Shown here in pieces: positions 55,205 to 64,000 of a stretch of 64,000 bases of DNA. The notes under the pieces were generated by a model. It had not been told where the DNA came from. It worked only from the letters and a program-made list of their open reading frames with translations, and ran no database searches. Within the stretch, counting starts at the first letter, position 1. Each line of letters opens with the position of its first letter. Location: positions 5,195 through 69,194 of the IMG/VR virus record IMGVR_UViG_3300017613_000793; one strand, given 5' to 3'. The position numbers and the translations under genes were made by a program. The DNA is from a virus.

Positions 55205-56410
55205 TTAGCTAGATGTGATAGTAACTGTTCCCAGTCCCAGGTTTCTGTCAGCCAGCGAACCTGCTTTTTCTTCAGGTATAATACCGAAGGCGTACCTTGT
55301 CATTGCACCTTTGAAGAACTGAGTGAAGTCATCACCAACGATGTACTTAGGTGAGGTAAACAGTGGGATGTATGGAGCATAATAGCCACATGCATACTGC
55401 CAGTTGTCGCCCTTGAACCCAAGCAGAATCTTAGTTGCATCCGGGAAGTCCGGGTCTACGTAGCACTTAAACATGCCACCACCCAAAGTTCCAACATACC
55501 GTCTGCCCATAATGGACATGCTGTCCTGTGCCAGTGGGTCAGTGTTAAACTTCTCCAACTTACTCAGTCTCAGGTATGCATCAGGATGAACCACTATCCA
55601 ATTAGCGTTCCGTCCTTTAACCTTAAAGATTTCATTGTTCACTTCAAGGATTTTGTCATACAGAGTTGCATCATACTCTTTCTGATGAAAGGTGTATTTC
55701 AGGTCTTCTGTGAGAGCACCATTGCTGTTCCAGTTGGCATTGTGTCCAACTCCTGCAAGCAGTGCTGTGATTATCTGATAGTCAACTTCCCTAACCACTT
55801 CTTCAACAGTCTTTGGCATAAGTTCAGCTTCAAGGTTCAGCCCCCACTGGGAACGTAAATCCTGTTCAGCTTCAATTGTCCACTGACCCTTAATTTTCTT
55901 GGTCACGGCTGTGATTGTATCAGATTCCAGAGAGTAATTAACCTCTCTGATTGTACCCTTTTCTCCAGAGTCTGCATAGGTAGCAGTTCGACCTTGGTCA
56001 AGCCTATCACCTGCAGTTCTTCCGTCATACGTATTGCCAAACTTGTGGTCTATCCAATACAGGATACTTGATGGTCCGTTCATAGGTTGAACAGATACCA
56101 GTTCCATAGCAATCAGCTTGGTATAAATACGTCTGATTGCAGGAAGTAACTGAGTCGTGAAGGTTGCAATGTCAGTTGACACTGTGTCTTCATGTAACAT
56201 GCCGTCTTCCATCCGGTCAAGGTCTGGTCTCAGAGTGTTCCCTGATTCAGCCTTAATCCAGTTGATTGTATTGTCATACAGACGTTCTCTCAGCTTCGGA
56301 TAATCCTGTCCTGTCCGTTCCCGGTCCAACAGTCCTTCAGCTTCATCAAGCTCAAGGTTTCGTCTCTTCTGGGCTTCCAGAAAAGAATTGAGTTTTTCTC
56401 TATTTACCAT
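55205..56410 (-). CDS. Major capsid protein (T4 gp23-like)
   Basis: VQPMNGP, WT.EAEQDL, YYAPYIPL, G.MTRY motifs. Confidence 0.92.
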   Translation of the reverse strand: MVNREKLNSFLEAQKRRNLELDEAEGLLDRERTGQDYPKLRERLYDNTINWIKAESGNTLRPDLDRMEDGMLHEDTVSTDIATFTTQLLPAIRRIYTKLIAMELVSVQPMNGPSSILYWIDHKFGNTYDGRTAGDRLDQGRTATYADSGEKGTIREVNYSLESDTITAVTKKIKGQWTIEAEQDLRSQWGLNLEAELMPKTVEEVVREVDYQIITALLAGVGHNANWNSNGALTEDLKYTFHQKEYDATLYDKILEVNNEIFKVKGRNANWIVVHPDAYLRLSKLEKFNTDPLAQDSMSIMGRRYVGTLGGGMFKCYVDPDFPDATKILLGFKGDNWQYACGYYAPYIPLFTSPKYIVGDDFTQFFKGAMTRYAFGIIPEEKAGSLADRNLGLGTVTITSS

Positions 56411-56427
56411 AGATATTTGTCCTCTTC

Positions 56428-57870
56428 TTAGGAGTTAAGATTTAGAACATCTGCTTTAAAAGCTTTGATGTCTTTCTTAAATCCCGCTTTCTTTGCTTCC
56501 GCAAATTGAGTCTTGATTTTCTTTTCGGCCTCTTCTGCCGTCTCAGACTCTTCGTTTTTCACCGTGCCTACAGGCTCCAAACCAGATTCTACAATCCGAT
56601 TCTTAACACCCTCAGCAATGATGTTTGAAAACTTTTCCTTCAGCTTTGTAATCGCTTCAGGTAGAGTTTCTACATCACCATGGGTAATGTCTCCGTCCTC
56701 ATTAACAAGTTCACCCTCAATCATGGACTTGAACTTTACGTTCTCATCCTTCTCAAGTTCCTCATCAAGTTTGGTACGAAGTGTAGACTGTGCTTCCTCT
56801 TTGTCCTTAGCTTCCTGTTCAGCATTCTCACGGTCTGTGATACGCTTTTCCAGGTCAGCATTCTGGGCTTTCAAGTCAGCAATAGTCTGTGAAAGGTCTT
56901 CCTGCTTCTCTTTACCTTTTCCCTCATCAGGGCCTTCAGTTTTTTCTTCTTCAGGAATTACGCCTTCAAGTGATGTCAGCTCATTAATTGCATCACGGAC
57001 ACCTTCCACCATAGATTCATTAGACTTTTTAACAGCATCCACTGCAGAGTTAAGTTTTTCCTCAAGCTCTTTAGTCCATTCATCTTTAGCTTCAGATACC
57101 TTATCAGCAATCTGTTGCTCCATATCAGCTTTCTGAGCTTCTTCATGAGTCTTAAAAAGTTCCTCATGGTCTGCTCTCAGAGCTTCAATGTTTTCGTATT
57201 CTTTCTTGTCCATATTCTCCTCTTTGGAATTTTGTGTTGAGTCGTCAGGGTTCTCATCCTGGGACTCTATAAACAAGTGTTTATTCTCTTGTATATAAGA
57301 AGTCACAGCATCACTCATGCTGTCTTCCATAACCGCTCTCACTCTAGCATCAGGGACACTTGGTGTGAGCACAAAGTCACCCGGACTCAAGAGCCGGAAG
57401 TCTTTGTTTACTTCACTGTAGGTAGACATTTTTCCATTTACTCTACCACGCTTTTCAGTGACAGTTCCTGCCCCTCTTGAACTGACTCCAACACGACCAT
57501 GCTTTATAAGCACCATTGCATCTTTGCCTGTTCTTGTGGGAAGAACTGTACACTCACCATAACATTCCCCATTCTCATCCATCCAGATTTTATTCCAAAT
57601 GTGGGAAACATCATTAATGTTTGCAACTCCGGTTGTAGGATGATATGATGCTCCATAGATTTCTCCATTAACCACCTGCTCCTGCAATCTGTCAATCTCT
57701 CTTTGTAGGAGTTCCTTTTGGTACAACCTACCATTACGATTAACAATATTACCGTGTTGCCATTTTACCTGCACTCTCATAGTCGGGTCTTTAGTATTTT
57801 CGTCTAAAGACTCTTCCAGAATCTGTGCATTGACGGCTTCAAATTCAAGCCGTGCAGGAAATTTTCTCAT
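56428..57870 (-). CDS. Prohead protease (T4 gp21-like) fused to a scaffold-like coiled coil
   Basis: NRNGRLY, HP, VSH, GVSSRGAG, DFV..PS motifs; acidic helical C-terminal half. Confidence 0.88.
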   Translation of the reverse strand: MRKFPARLEFEAVNAQILEESLDENTKDPTMRVQVKWQHGNIVNRNGRLYQKELLQREIDRLQEQVVNGEIYGASYHPTTGVANINDVSHIWNKIWMDENGECYGECTVLPTRTGKDAMVLIKHGRVGVSSRGAGTVTEKRGRVNGKMSTYSEVNKDFRLLSPGDFVLTPSVPDARVRAVMEDSMSDAVTSYIQENKHLFIESQDENPDDSTQNSKEENMDKKEYENIEALRADHEELFKTHEEAQKADMEQQIADKVSEAKDEWTKELEEKLNSAVDAVKKSNESMVEGVRDAINELTSLEGVIPEEEKTEGPDEGKGKEKQEDLSQTIADLKAQNADLEKRITDRENAEQEAKDKEEAQSTLRTKLDEELEKDENVKFKSMIEGELVNEDGDITHGDVETLPEAITKLKEKFSNIIAEGVKNRIVESGLEPVGTVKNEESETAEEAEKKIKTQFAEAKKAGFKKDIKAFKADVLNLNS

Positions 57871-57873
57871 GTC

Positions 57874-58629
57874 CTACTCCGTTAATTGTTTTTCCATAAC
57901 CGCAAATTCAATCAGGTCAGCCGTACTGACCTCACCTTCATAAGTCACTTTCCGGTCCACTGATTCTGGTGTACCATCAAAGACGGCCTCACCATTCTCA
58001 ATTTTATACTTTACCTTGAAATAGGTTTCCTCACTTGACTCATCATTCCATTTGGAGTAAACAACTTCATCTTTTGAGAAGTCTACCAAATAGGTACGCT
58101 TGCCCTGTGATTCAACCGCTTTTCCAAGTGCCTGTTTTAACGACTGGAAAGCTTCCTTCAAAATCTTGTTTGCATTCATTTTTACCTCATCACTCATATT
58201 TTTACCACCGTGTGCTTTGCTCCAACTGGCAATACACCGTGCCTTCATTCTTGCCGGGACCATTTCTTTGCTCTGCCGTGATTTCAACCTCTTCATACAC
58301 CGTGTTACAAAAGCATTTTTTGCTTCACCCTTTGTTGGGCTTGGTGTTACTGATTGATTATCACCAGGAGCTTCTTGCCGTATCAGTGCTCTTAAACCCC
58401 TCATACTTTTCATCTTCATCACTGTCTCCACCTTGTTACCTACCCTTGCTTGAGCCTTTTCATATAGAGCCTCTTCTTTAACATCTTTAGCTTTCTGCTT
58501 CCATGTAGAGTAACAAACCCCGGCTCTCTTCTTCTGGTCCGGGTATTCTTTTCTCAGGGATGGATTCCCCATACACCGTGAGATAAACTTCTTCTTGTCT
58601 TCGCTCTGTCTAGGTTTAGGTATAGGCAT
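57874..58629 (-). CDS. Head-module protein with duplicated P.P...E....F..RCM motif
   Basis: Two copies of the motif; upstream of the protease. Confidence 0.65.
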   Translation of the reverse strand: MPIPKPRQSEDKKKFISRCMGNPSLRKEYPDQKKRAGVCYSTWKQKAKDVKEEALYEKAQARVGNKVETVMKMKSMRGLRALIRQEAPGDNQSVTPSPTKGEAKNAFVTRCMKRLKSRQSKEMVPARMKARCIASWSKAHGGKNMSDEVKMNANKILKEAFQSLKQALGKAVESQGKRTYLVDFSKDEVVYSKWNDESSEETYFKVKYKIENGEAVFDGTPESVDRKVTYEGEVSTADLIEFAVMEKQLTE

Positions 58630-58638
58630 ATCTACTCC

Positions 58639-58947
58639 TTATGAATACAGTTCAAAAACTGTAAACTCAAATGAGTCACCATGACCGGACCAACCTGGAG
58701 CTTCACCGTATGGTTGACATACATATTTTCCCGGAAGGTCAAAATCATCAGCCACTATAGTGTATGTCAAGATGTTCTCATTTCCACCACCTGCTTTCTG
58801 TGCACATGTCCACACATCTGTGGTGTTGTCATGCTTTTTAAACACCTTCAGCTTCAACACTGTGAATGCAGTTAGGTCTTCACCCATAGCTACTTCAATG
58901 ACCGTTCCTACATCATCAACATACGGCCTGTAATCAACGTCTGCCAT
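58639..58947 (-). CDS. BppU-like Ig-fold virion protein
   Basis: D.GT.I, LTY....DFD.PG.Y..Q motifs. Confidence 0.6.
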   Translation of the reverse strand: MADVDYRPYVDDVGTVIEVAMGEDLTAFTVLKLKVFKKHDNTTDVWTCAQKAGGGNENILTYTIVADDFDLPGKYVCQPYGEAPGWSGHGDSFEFTVFELYS

Positions 58948-59273
58948 TATAACTCCTCAGTTATCCATCTGGACTCAAATCGTAGTGTCCTTTCAAATTG
59001 AGATTCCTTTTCTATTAAGGTCTCAAAGTTAGATTCTTTCTCAATCAACTCTTCCCTCTTAGAAGTAAAGTTCATTGTTTTCGTAAATTTAGAATTATGT
59101 CCCATTCTATTCTCCGTCTATCAGTCTAGTAAATCCAGACTGTTTGCTTATGCTCTTTGTAAACTTAGAGGCAAACCTAAGTATCTCTGCCCGGATTATT
59201 CCAAGCCATCCTCTGCCATATCCTCTAGTGATAATCCGATTAAATCTGTAATATCCTCTTGTTATTAAACTGC

Positions 59274-60644
59274 TCAAACTCTTGTCCTCATAATTGGATT
59301 ACCTTCACCGTCATAGGCTAAATCAAACCGCATAAACTCAATAAGGGAATCATTGTAGAAAATCATCTGATTACCAGATATTTCCCACTTCCCAGTTTCC
59401 GTCTGTTTAATCATATCAACATCTGATAAAAGTGATAGTGCCACAGCATCTGCCCACACTGCATCTGCAATTGTTGGGTTGCTCAATGCCGAATCATCAG
59501 TCAAATTCACTGCACCATTATTAGTAATTGTCATAGCACCTCTTGCTGATATATTACCACCTGAACAAGACGCATCAATAACCAACTGTCCGTCTGACTC
59601 ATAAGACATTGTATCCCCAGAATCCATATCATTAACCTGAAGCCCACCAGAATAGTGCCTAACGCTCAGATTCACCGTACCTGTCTCAAATGTAAACTCA
59701 GGAGTTGCATTCCCGGCTACTGCTGATTTACATCTATCAAATATATGATTTCCTGCTCTTATTGAATTGTTCCCTGTCAACCAACATGCATCTGCAAAAC
59801 ATTCAAGCTCTGTTAATCCTGTCAACCAACAGTCCTGCAGGTAGCAAATCTGTGAACCACCCTGCTCTCCAGTGATAATCATATTATGGAAATATGAACC
59901 ATCTACATTCTGTGAACCAAAATCTACTTGATTATATTCACCATGACCAAAGAACCTAAAGTTCTCATAAGCTTGTGCCAACGTAATAGAAGTCCTGTTC
60001 ATCAAGTGAATCTCACGGACACCTACTGCATCTGCAATAGTCCGTGCTGATGCTATGGTAGACACTGGATTCTCTTTGGTTCCATCTGTTCCTACCACCG
60101 TGTTGGTGTTACTTGCATTCTCATCTATGTATATTCCACCTCTATACCTTAACAAGTTCAACCACAGCCCGGTTGTTCCGGCTGTCAAATGGTCACCTGC
60201 AGGTTCATCCCAAACAGCCACAGCCGTCTCTGAGTCCAAACCCATCAACTTGTCGTGCTCTTCCTGGGACATACCACTGCCCTGTGTTACCGTTATTAGT
60301 CCGGCTGAATTAAAACTACGCAATGATACCTGATTGACATTCATCACGTCTGCCAAATTCGTATTAGCTCCTTTAGCCTCAACCGCATACTGTCCATCTT
60401 CAAAGGTCACTGTGTAGTTGTTTATAAACACCAGGAACCGTGCATATGTGGTTCCTGATAACGTCACCTCTGTGTTATGATAATGTGTGTCAGGGAAAGG
60501 CATTCCCTCTTCATCGTCTTCCAAATCTTTTAAGTCCAACCTTAATCCATCAAGGTCAAGTTCGTACACACCACCACCCAAAGGAGTCAGGTAGTTCTGG
60601 GGCACGTTAATGACCCTATTTCCCCAGTCTACAGTTATTGCCAT
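59274..60644 (-). CDS. Accessory virion protein (beta-helix-like)
   Basis: MAITVDW...I.V N-terminus, AVW repeats, DGT..NP motif. Confidence 0.65.
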   Translation of the reverse strand: MAITVDWGNRVINVPQNYLTPLGGGVYELDLDGLRLDLKDLEDDEEGMPFPDTHYHNTEVTLSGTTYARFLVFINNYTVTFEDGQYAVEAKGANTNLADVMNVNQVSLRSFNSAGLITVTQGSGMSQEEHDKLMGLDSETAVAVWDEPAGDHLTAGTTGLWLNLLRYRGGIYIDENASNTNTVVGTDGTKENPVSTIASARTIADAVGVREIHLMNRTSITLAQAYENFRFFGHGEYNQVDFGSQNVDGSYFHNMIITGEQGGSQICYLQDCWLTGLTELECFADACWLTGNNSIRAGNHIFDRCKSAVAGNATPEFTFETGTVNLSVRHYSGGLQVNDMDSGDTMSYESDGQLVIDASCSGGNISARGAMTITNNGAVNLTDDSALSNPTIADAVWADAVALSLLSDVDMIKQTETGKWEISGNQMIFYNDSLIEFMRFDLAYDGEGNPIMRTRV

Positions 60645-60646
60645 TT

Positions 60647-60934
60647 TTAATTAGGATTCCCACCTAGTGAAACAACTAGCTGTCTCAAGCGTTCAATCTC
60701 TTGAGCATTCTGTTGTTGAAGTTCATTGTTTGCCGTTATGGACAAAAAATTAATGTTCTTTGCTGATTCCACCTGAGCCTCAAGAGTTTGAGCCATTTCA
60801 GCCAACCCTTTATTAGCTTCCTGTGCATCAAGCAATTGCTTCTGTAGTTTTATAACAGAAACGTTTGTAGAATCATGTAGCTGTCTCAAGCTTTCATAAT
60901 CCTTCTTCCAGTCTCTTGTTCCGTCAATTGTCAT
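60647..60934 (-). CDS. Coiled-coil hypothetical protein
   Basis: RBS AAGGAG; heptad pattern. Confidence 0.6.
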   Translation of the reverse strand: MTIDGTRDWKKDYESLRQLHDSTNVSVIKLQKQLLDAQEANKGLAEMAQTLEAQVESAKNINFLSITANNELQQQNAQEIERLRQLVVSLGGNPN

Positions 60935-60944
60935 TATTTTCTCC

Positions 60945-62192
60945 TTATGATTGTTGTGTTTTCCACAGCCAACATTGGTCTAAGTAGCATGTGGAACTAC
61001 TATAATACATTGAAATTACAATTCTATATACTGAATAATCTGGGTGTGCAAAGAAACGCATTGTATCCTGCTCCCAATCTCCTGAATTATATAAATCAAA
61101 ATCTGCAAATGAACCCTGCCATGCTTTTGTTGAAGCATTCCACCACTGATTTGAACCTGTGTCCCGAATCTCAACCGAACCGATATTGTGCAACGTTCCT
61201 AGAGAATAATTGTGCCAGCAAGTTAATGTGTAGCGTTCACTCGGTAAAAGAATTACATTCTGATACACCTCTACTGAACCAGATGCTCCAAGAATCATTC
61301 TTGCAGAGTATGTACCTTCCCAGACTTCAGTATCTTCTCTCTGAAGATTCCCACCAAGCAATTCCGTATAGGACCAATTGTTTGGAACCTCTCCACTTAT
61401 CCAACTATCCCACGTTCCATTTAAGAATATATTTGTTGGTTGTTCTCCGTCTTCTACCATTCCCAAAGTAGAATCATAACCACTTGCTGTGATTGTACCT
61501 GATATTCCTGTGGTCAAATAGAACTTCCCAGAGCTTGACTTCCTAGCCCTTCCAGCAATTGGCTGAGAGCTTGTGAAATTGTGAGTATCTGATATTTGTC
61601 CGTTTATATCTGTGTAGCCTTGCAGTATCACAGACGTTGAAGTGATTGTACCTGTAGCTGGTGTGTCTGGACTTCCTGACACTGAAAAGGTATAAGCATT
61701 TACTGTTGTCACTGTTATCTTTTTAATACCATTGTATTGATTCTGTACAGCCCCTTCAATGAGTACATACATATCATCTACCAATCCATGACTTGTATGT
61801 GTCACTGTAGCAGTAGAACCTGACCTTGCAATAGTAACGCTATCCTCAAAAGGTAAGTCACCACCACTTGACGCAAGAACAAGGACTCTAGCATTCTGTA
61901 TTGCTGTCTGCTCTGAAGCCGTTTTAACTGTGACCTGTACTGTGACATTATTCTGTATTGTCACACTACCAGAACCATTGTTATCAATATCACCAAGAAC
62001 TAAAGCAGTTGTACCATTCTGTAGAATGATTGTTGTATCACCTGTCACTCCTGAATCTATTTCTATGTCATATGTTCCACTCTGGTCAAACAAACAGTTG
62101 TCCAAAGTATATGTTCCAGAAGAGGTGATTAAGAGTGCCACCTTAGTTGAATAGTTCTGAAACACCATGTCCGATAATGTCATTGTTGCCAT
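60945..62192 (-). CDS. Accessory virion protein with C-terminal carbohydrate-binding-like domain
   Basis: Thr/Ser-rich beta segments; NG.WD.W...P..W and EG.YS motifs of CBM-like domains. Confidence 0.6.
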   Translation of the reverse strand: MATMTLSDMVFQNYSTKVALLITSSGTYTLDNCLFDQSGTYDIEIDSGVTGDTTIILQNGTTALVLGDIDNNGSGSVTIQNNVTVQVTVKTASEQTAIQNARVLVLASSGGDLPFEDSVTIARSGSTATVTHTSHGLVDDMYVLIEGAVQNQYNGIKKITVTTVNAYTFSVSGSPDTPATGTITSTSVILQGYTDINGQISDTHNFTSSQPIAGRARKSSSGKFYLTTGISGTITASGYDSTLGMVEDGEQPTNIFLNGTWDSWISGEVPNNWSYTELLGGNLQREDTEVWEGTYSARMILGASGSVEVYQNVILLPSERYTLTCWHNYSLGTLHNIGSVEIRDTGSNQWWNASTKAWQGSFADFDLYNSGDWEQDTMRFFAHPDYSVYRIVISMYYSSSTCYLDQCWLWKTQQS

Positions 62193-62196
62193 TGTT

Positions 62197-63321
62197 TTAT
62201 CCTATACTCAAAAGATGGTCTCCATAAGGATTCTTGAATGCACTTCCATCCAAATCCCCAGAAGCATCAAGTGTTACCACACCAACATCATCAAATGTTG
62301 CATTTCCTGATACAGAGGAACCTATCTCAAAATCTCCCATTCCCCTAAAAGCTACCGCATTAAATGTCACTACAGCAGAATCACTCTGCCCAAAATCAAA
62401 TGGTGCTCTTGTCTGCCAAATATATGTACCACTAAATGTGGCAGTATCAGCTACATTATTTCTAAGGTACAAGTACACTCTAAATGCCTGTGTAGTTACT
62501 CTAACTCTAGGGTCTGCTGAATCATTTGACCCAGGACTTATAACTGTCTTCCCCTCATCATCAAACGTAGTAATTGTAGAATTGTTTCCTATCTTAAACC
62601 CCATGTCTATGAAAACAACATCACCAATTTTTCTCACCCAGTTTCCATACTTGTCTGTGTAATCTGTACCCTGGACTGTAGTAACTGCATCAATAATTTT
62701 ACTTCCAGAGCCACTGAACGTAGGCGTGTTTGCAGAAGTCTTTGTAGTATCTAAAATATATAACTTACCCTGATAATTCCAATTTGAACCTGTTCCTGCC
62801 ATGTTAAGCCTTGTTGTAAGAATAGCAAAACTTGTAACACTTGTATTATCAAAACTCCCACTAGATGCATCATGAGAACTATCATTCAAGTCAACCACAA
62901 AAGGGTACTGTCCTTTACAACACTCTGCGTTTGGTGTGTCATTACCACCAACATAAAAATCCCGATACACTGTAGGTGGTGAACCTGTTCCTGAATATAT
63001 CCGTATGATAACACCACCATTAGATACAGAATCCACTTGAATCCTGTTTGGAGCATTGAACTGATTGTGCCACAGCATTACCTTTGTATCAGAAGACACA
63101 TCATAAACAGGTGACTGTCCGTTCTCAAACTCTTTAGCATATCCTTTTGTTGAACCAGCAGAGTTGTTATCAAACTCAGTTGCCACACCAGTTGCAGGTA
63201 AGTTACCCTGTGCTTTTGTTCCTGTATTTGATGGGGAATTTATATCTGCCAACCACTTAGGGTCACCTGCACCCCTACTTATAGCACAACCATCTTTAAC
63301 AGCAGGAAGAGCGAAGCTCAT
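62197..63321 (-). CDS. Accessory virion protein (paralog A)
   Basis: Shares RVRVT..AFRVYL.LRNNVADTATFSG with the upstream ORF. Confidence 0.65.
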   Translation of the reverse strand: MSFALPAVKDGCAISRGAGDPKWLADINSPSNTGTKAQGNLPATGVATEFDNNSAGSTKGYAKEFENGQSPVYDVSSDTKVMLWHNQFNAPNRIQVDSVSNGGVIIRIYSGTGSPPTVYRDFYVGGNDTPNAECCKGQYPFVVDLNDSSHDASSGSFDNTSVTSFAILTTRLNMAGTGSNWNYQGKLYILDTTKTSANTPTFSGSGSKIIDAVTTVQGTDYTDKYGNWVRKIGDVVFIDMGFKIGNNSTITTFDDEGKTVISPGSNDSADPRVRVTTQAFRVYLYLRNNVADTATFSGTYIWQTRAPFDFGQSDSAVVTFNAVAFRGMGDFEIGSSVSGNATFDDVGVVTLDASGDLDGSAFKNPYGDHLLSIG

Positions 63322-64000
63322 GGCAACTCCACCAGATAACTACCATGTGGATTCTTGAATAAACTACCATCTAAATCTACACCAGCATCTTGGTATTGAA
63401 CAGGTCCACAATCATTAAAAATTGCGGTGCCTGTAATACTAGAACCAACCTTAAAATTTCCAGTTCTGTTAAAGGTCACTCCATTAAAAGTTACCACTGC
63501 TGAATCATCTTGGTCAAAATCCCAAGGTGGATAACTGTTCCCTGCATCATAATACCCAGAAAATGTCGCAGTATCAGCTACATTATTTCTAAGATTTAGA
63601 TATACTCTAAATGCATTTTCTGTAACCCTAACTCTGGGGTCTGTTGGGTCATTGTGGTTAGCCCAAAACACAGACACCCCATTGTCATTGAAAGTCGTGA
63701 TGCTTGAGTTATTTCCTATCTCTATTGGACAAGCTACTGAAAAAATATCCCCTTCTCGCTTCAACCACTCGTCTGTTATCTTGCTAGAATAACCTGTACC
63801 CATAGCAGTAATAATATCATCCCAGTCACTTCCTGAGCCTGTGAATCTAGGTATATTTGTTGCATTCTTTGTGGTTTCAAGTATGAACAAACGAGCAAAA
63901 AACCACTGCATCGTAGTACCACCGAGATGCGCCTGTTTACCACCACTGCCCCAACATTCAATATCTGTGTTATCCCACGTTCCTGAAGAACTATCATAGG
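63318..64000 (-). CDS. Accessory virion protein (paralog B), 5'-truncated by the window edge
   Basis: Frame stays open to the window edge (YDSSSGTWDNTD aligns with HDASSGSFDNTS of paralog A). Confidence 0.65.
   Translation of the reverse strand, partial: YDSSSGTWDNTDIECWGSGGKQAHLGGTTMQWFFARLFILETTKNATNIPRFTGSGSDWDDIITAMGTGYSSKITDEWLKREGDIFSVACPIEIGNNSSITTFNDNGVSVFWANHNDPTDPRVRVTENAFRVYLNLRNNVADTATFSGYYDAGNSYPPWDFDQDDSAVVTFNGVTFNRTGNFKVGSSITGTAIFNDCGPVQYQDAGVDLDGSLFKNPHGSYLVELP

Noticed and set aside
783-63358. The many plus-strand ORFs in the track (e.g. 40305..41201, 56513..57136)
   Set aside because: Antisense shadows of well-supported minus-strand genes with no recognisable motifs
1-64000. 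Prophage integration or host chromosomal DNA
   Set aside because: No integrase, att site or housekeeping block in this window; the glycan island is embedded in the phage late operon

Overview
This window is a 64 kb piece of a large tailed dsDNA bacteriophage genome, with essentially all genes on the minus strand. In transcription order (right to left) it carries: accessory virion proteins; a T4 gp21-like prohead protease/scaffold and gp23-like major capsid protein; a roughly 7.7 kb glycosyltransferase/methyltransferase/sulfotransferase island between capsid and neck; a siphovirus-type tail (tube, -1 frameshift chaperones, 1694-aa tape measure, tail tip proteins); a holin-like/PAS region; a putative early operon with an ArdC-like protein; eight tRNAs; and an ECF-like sigma factor. 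Next come a roughly 950 bp non-coding cassette, small early/middle genes, an SF2 helicase, and a wHTH protein followed by three iteron-like repeats (candidate origin). The replication/recombination module holds DnaB, a UDG-PolA fusion, UvsY, SSB, RecA, a 5'-3' exonuclease, Mre11/Rad50 and a resolvase, followed by a lytic transglycosylase. The most striking feature is the non-coding cassette at about 20.9-21.9 kb. It has its own promoter, a boxA-like element, a 416-nt highly structured RNA, several small structured RNAs and an aberrant tRNA-like fold. Its linkers and one loop are antisense to Shine-Dalgarno/start-codon regions, including partial matches to this phage's own early genes. All calls come from reading motifs by eye; no database searches or folding programs were run.
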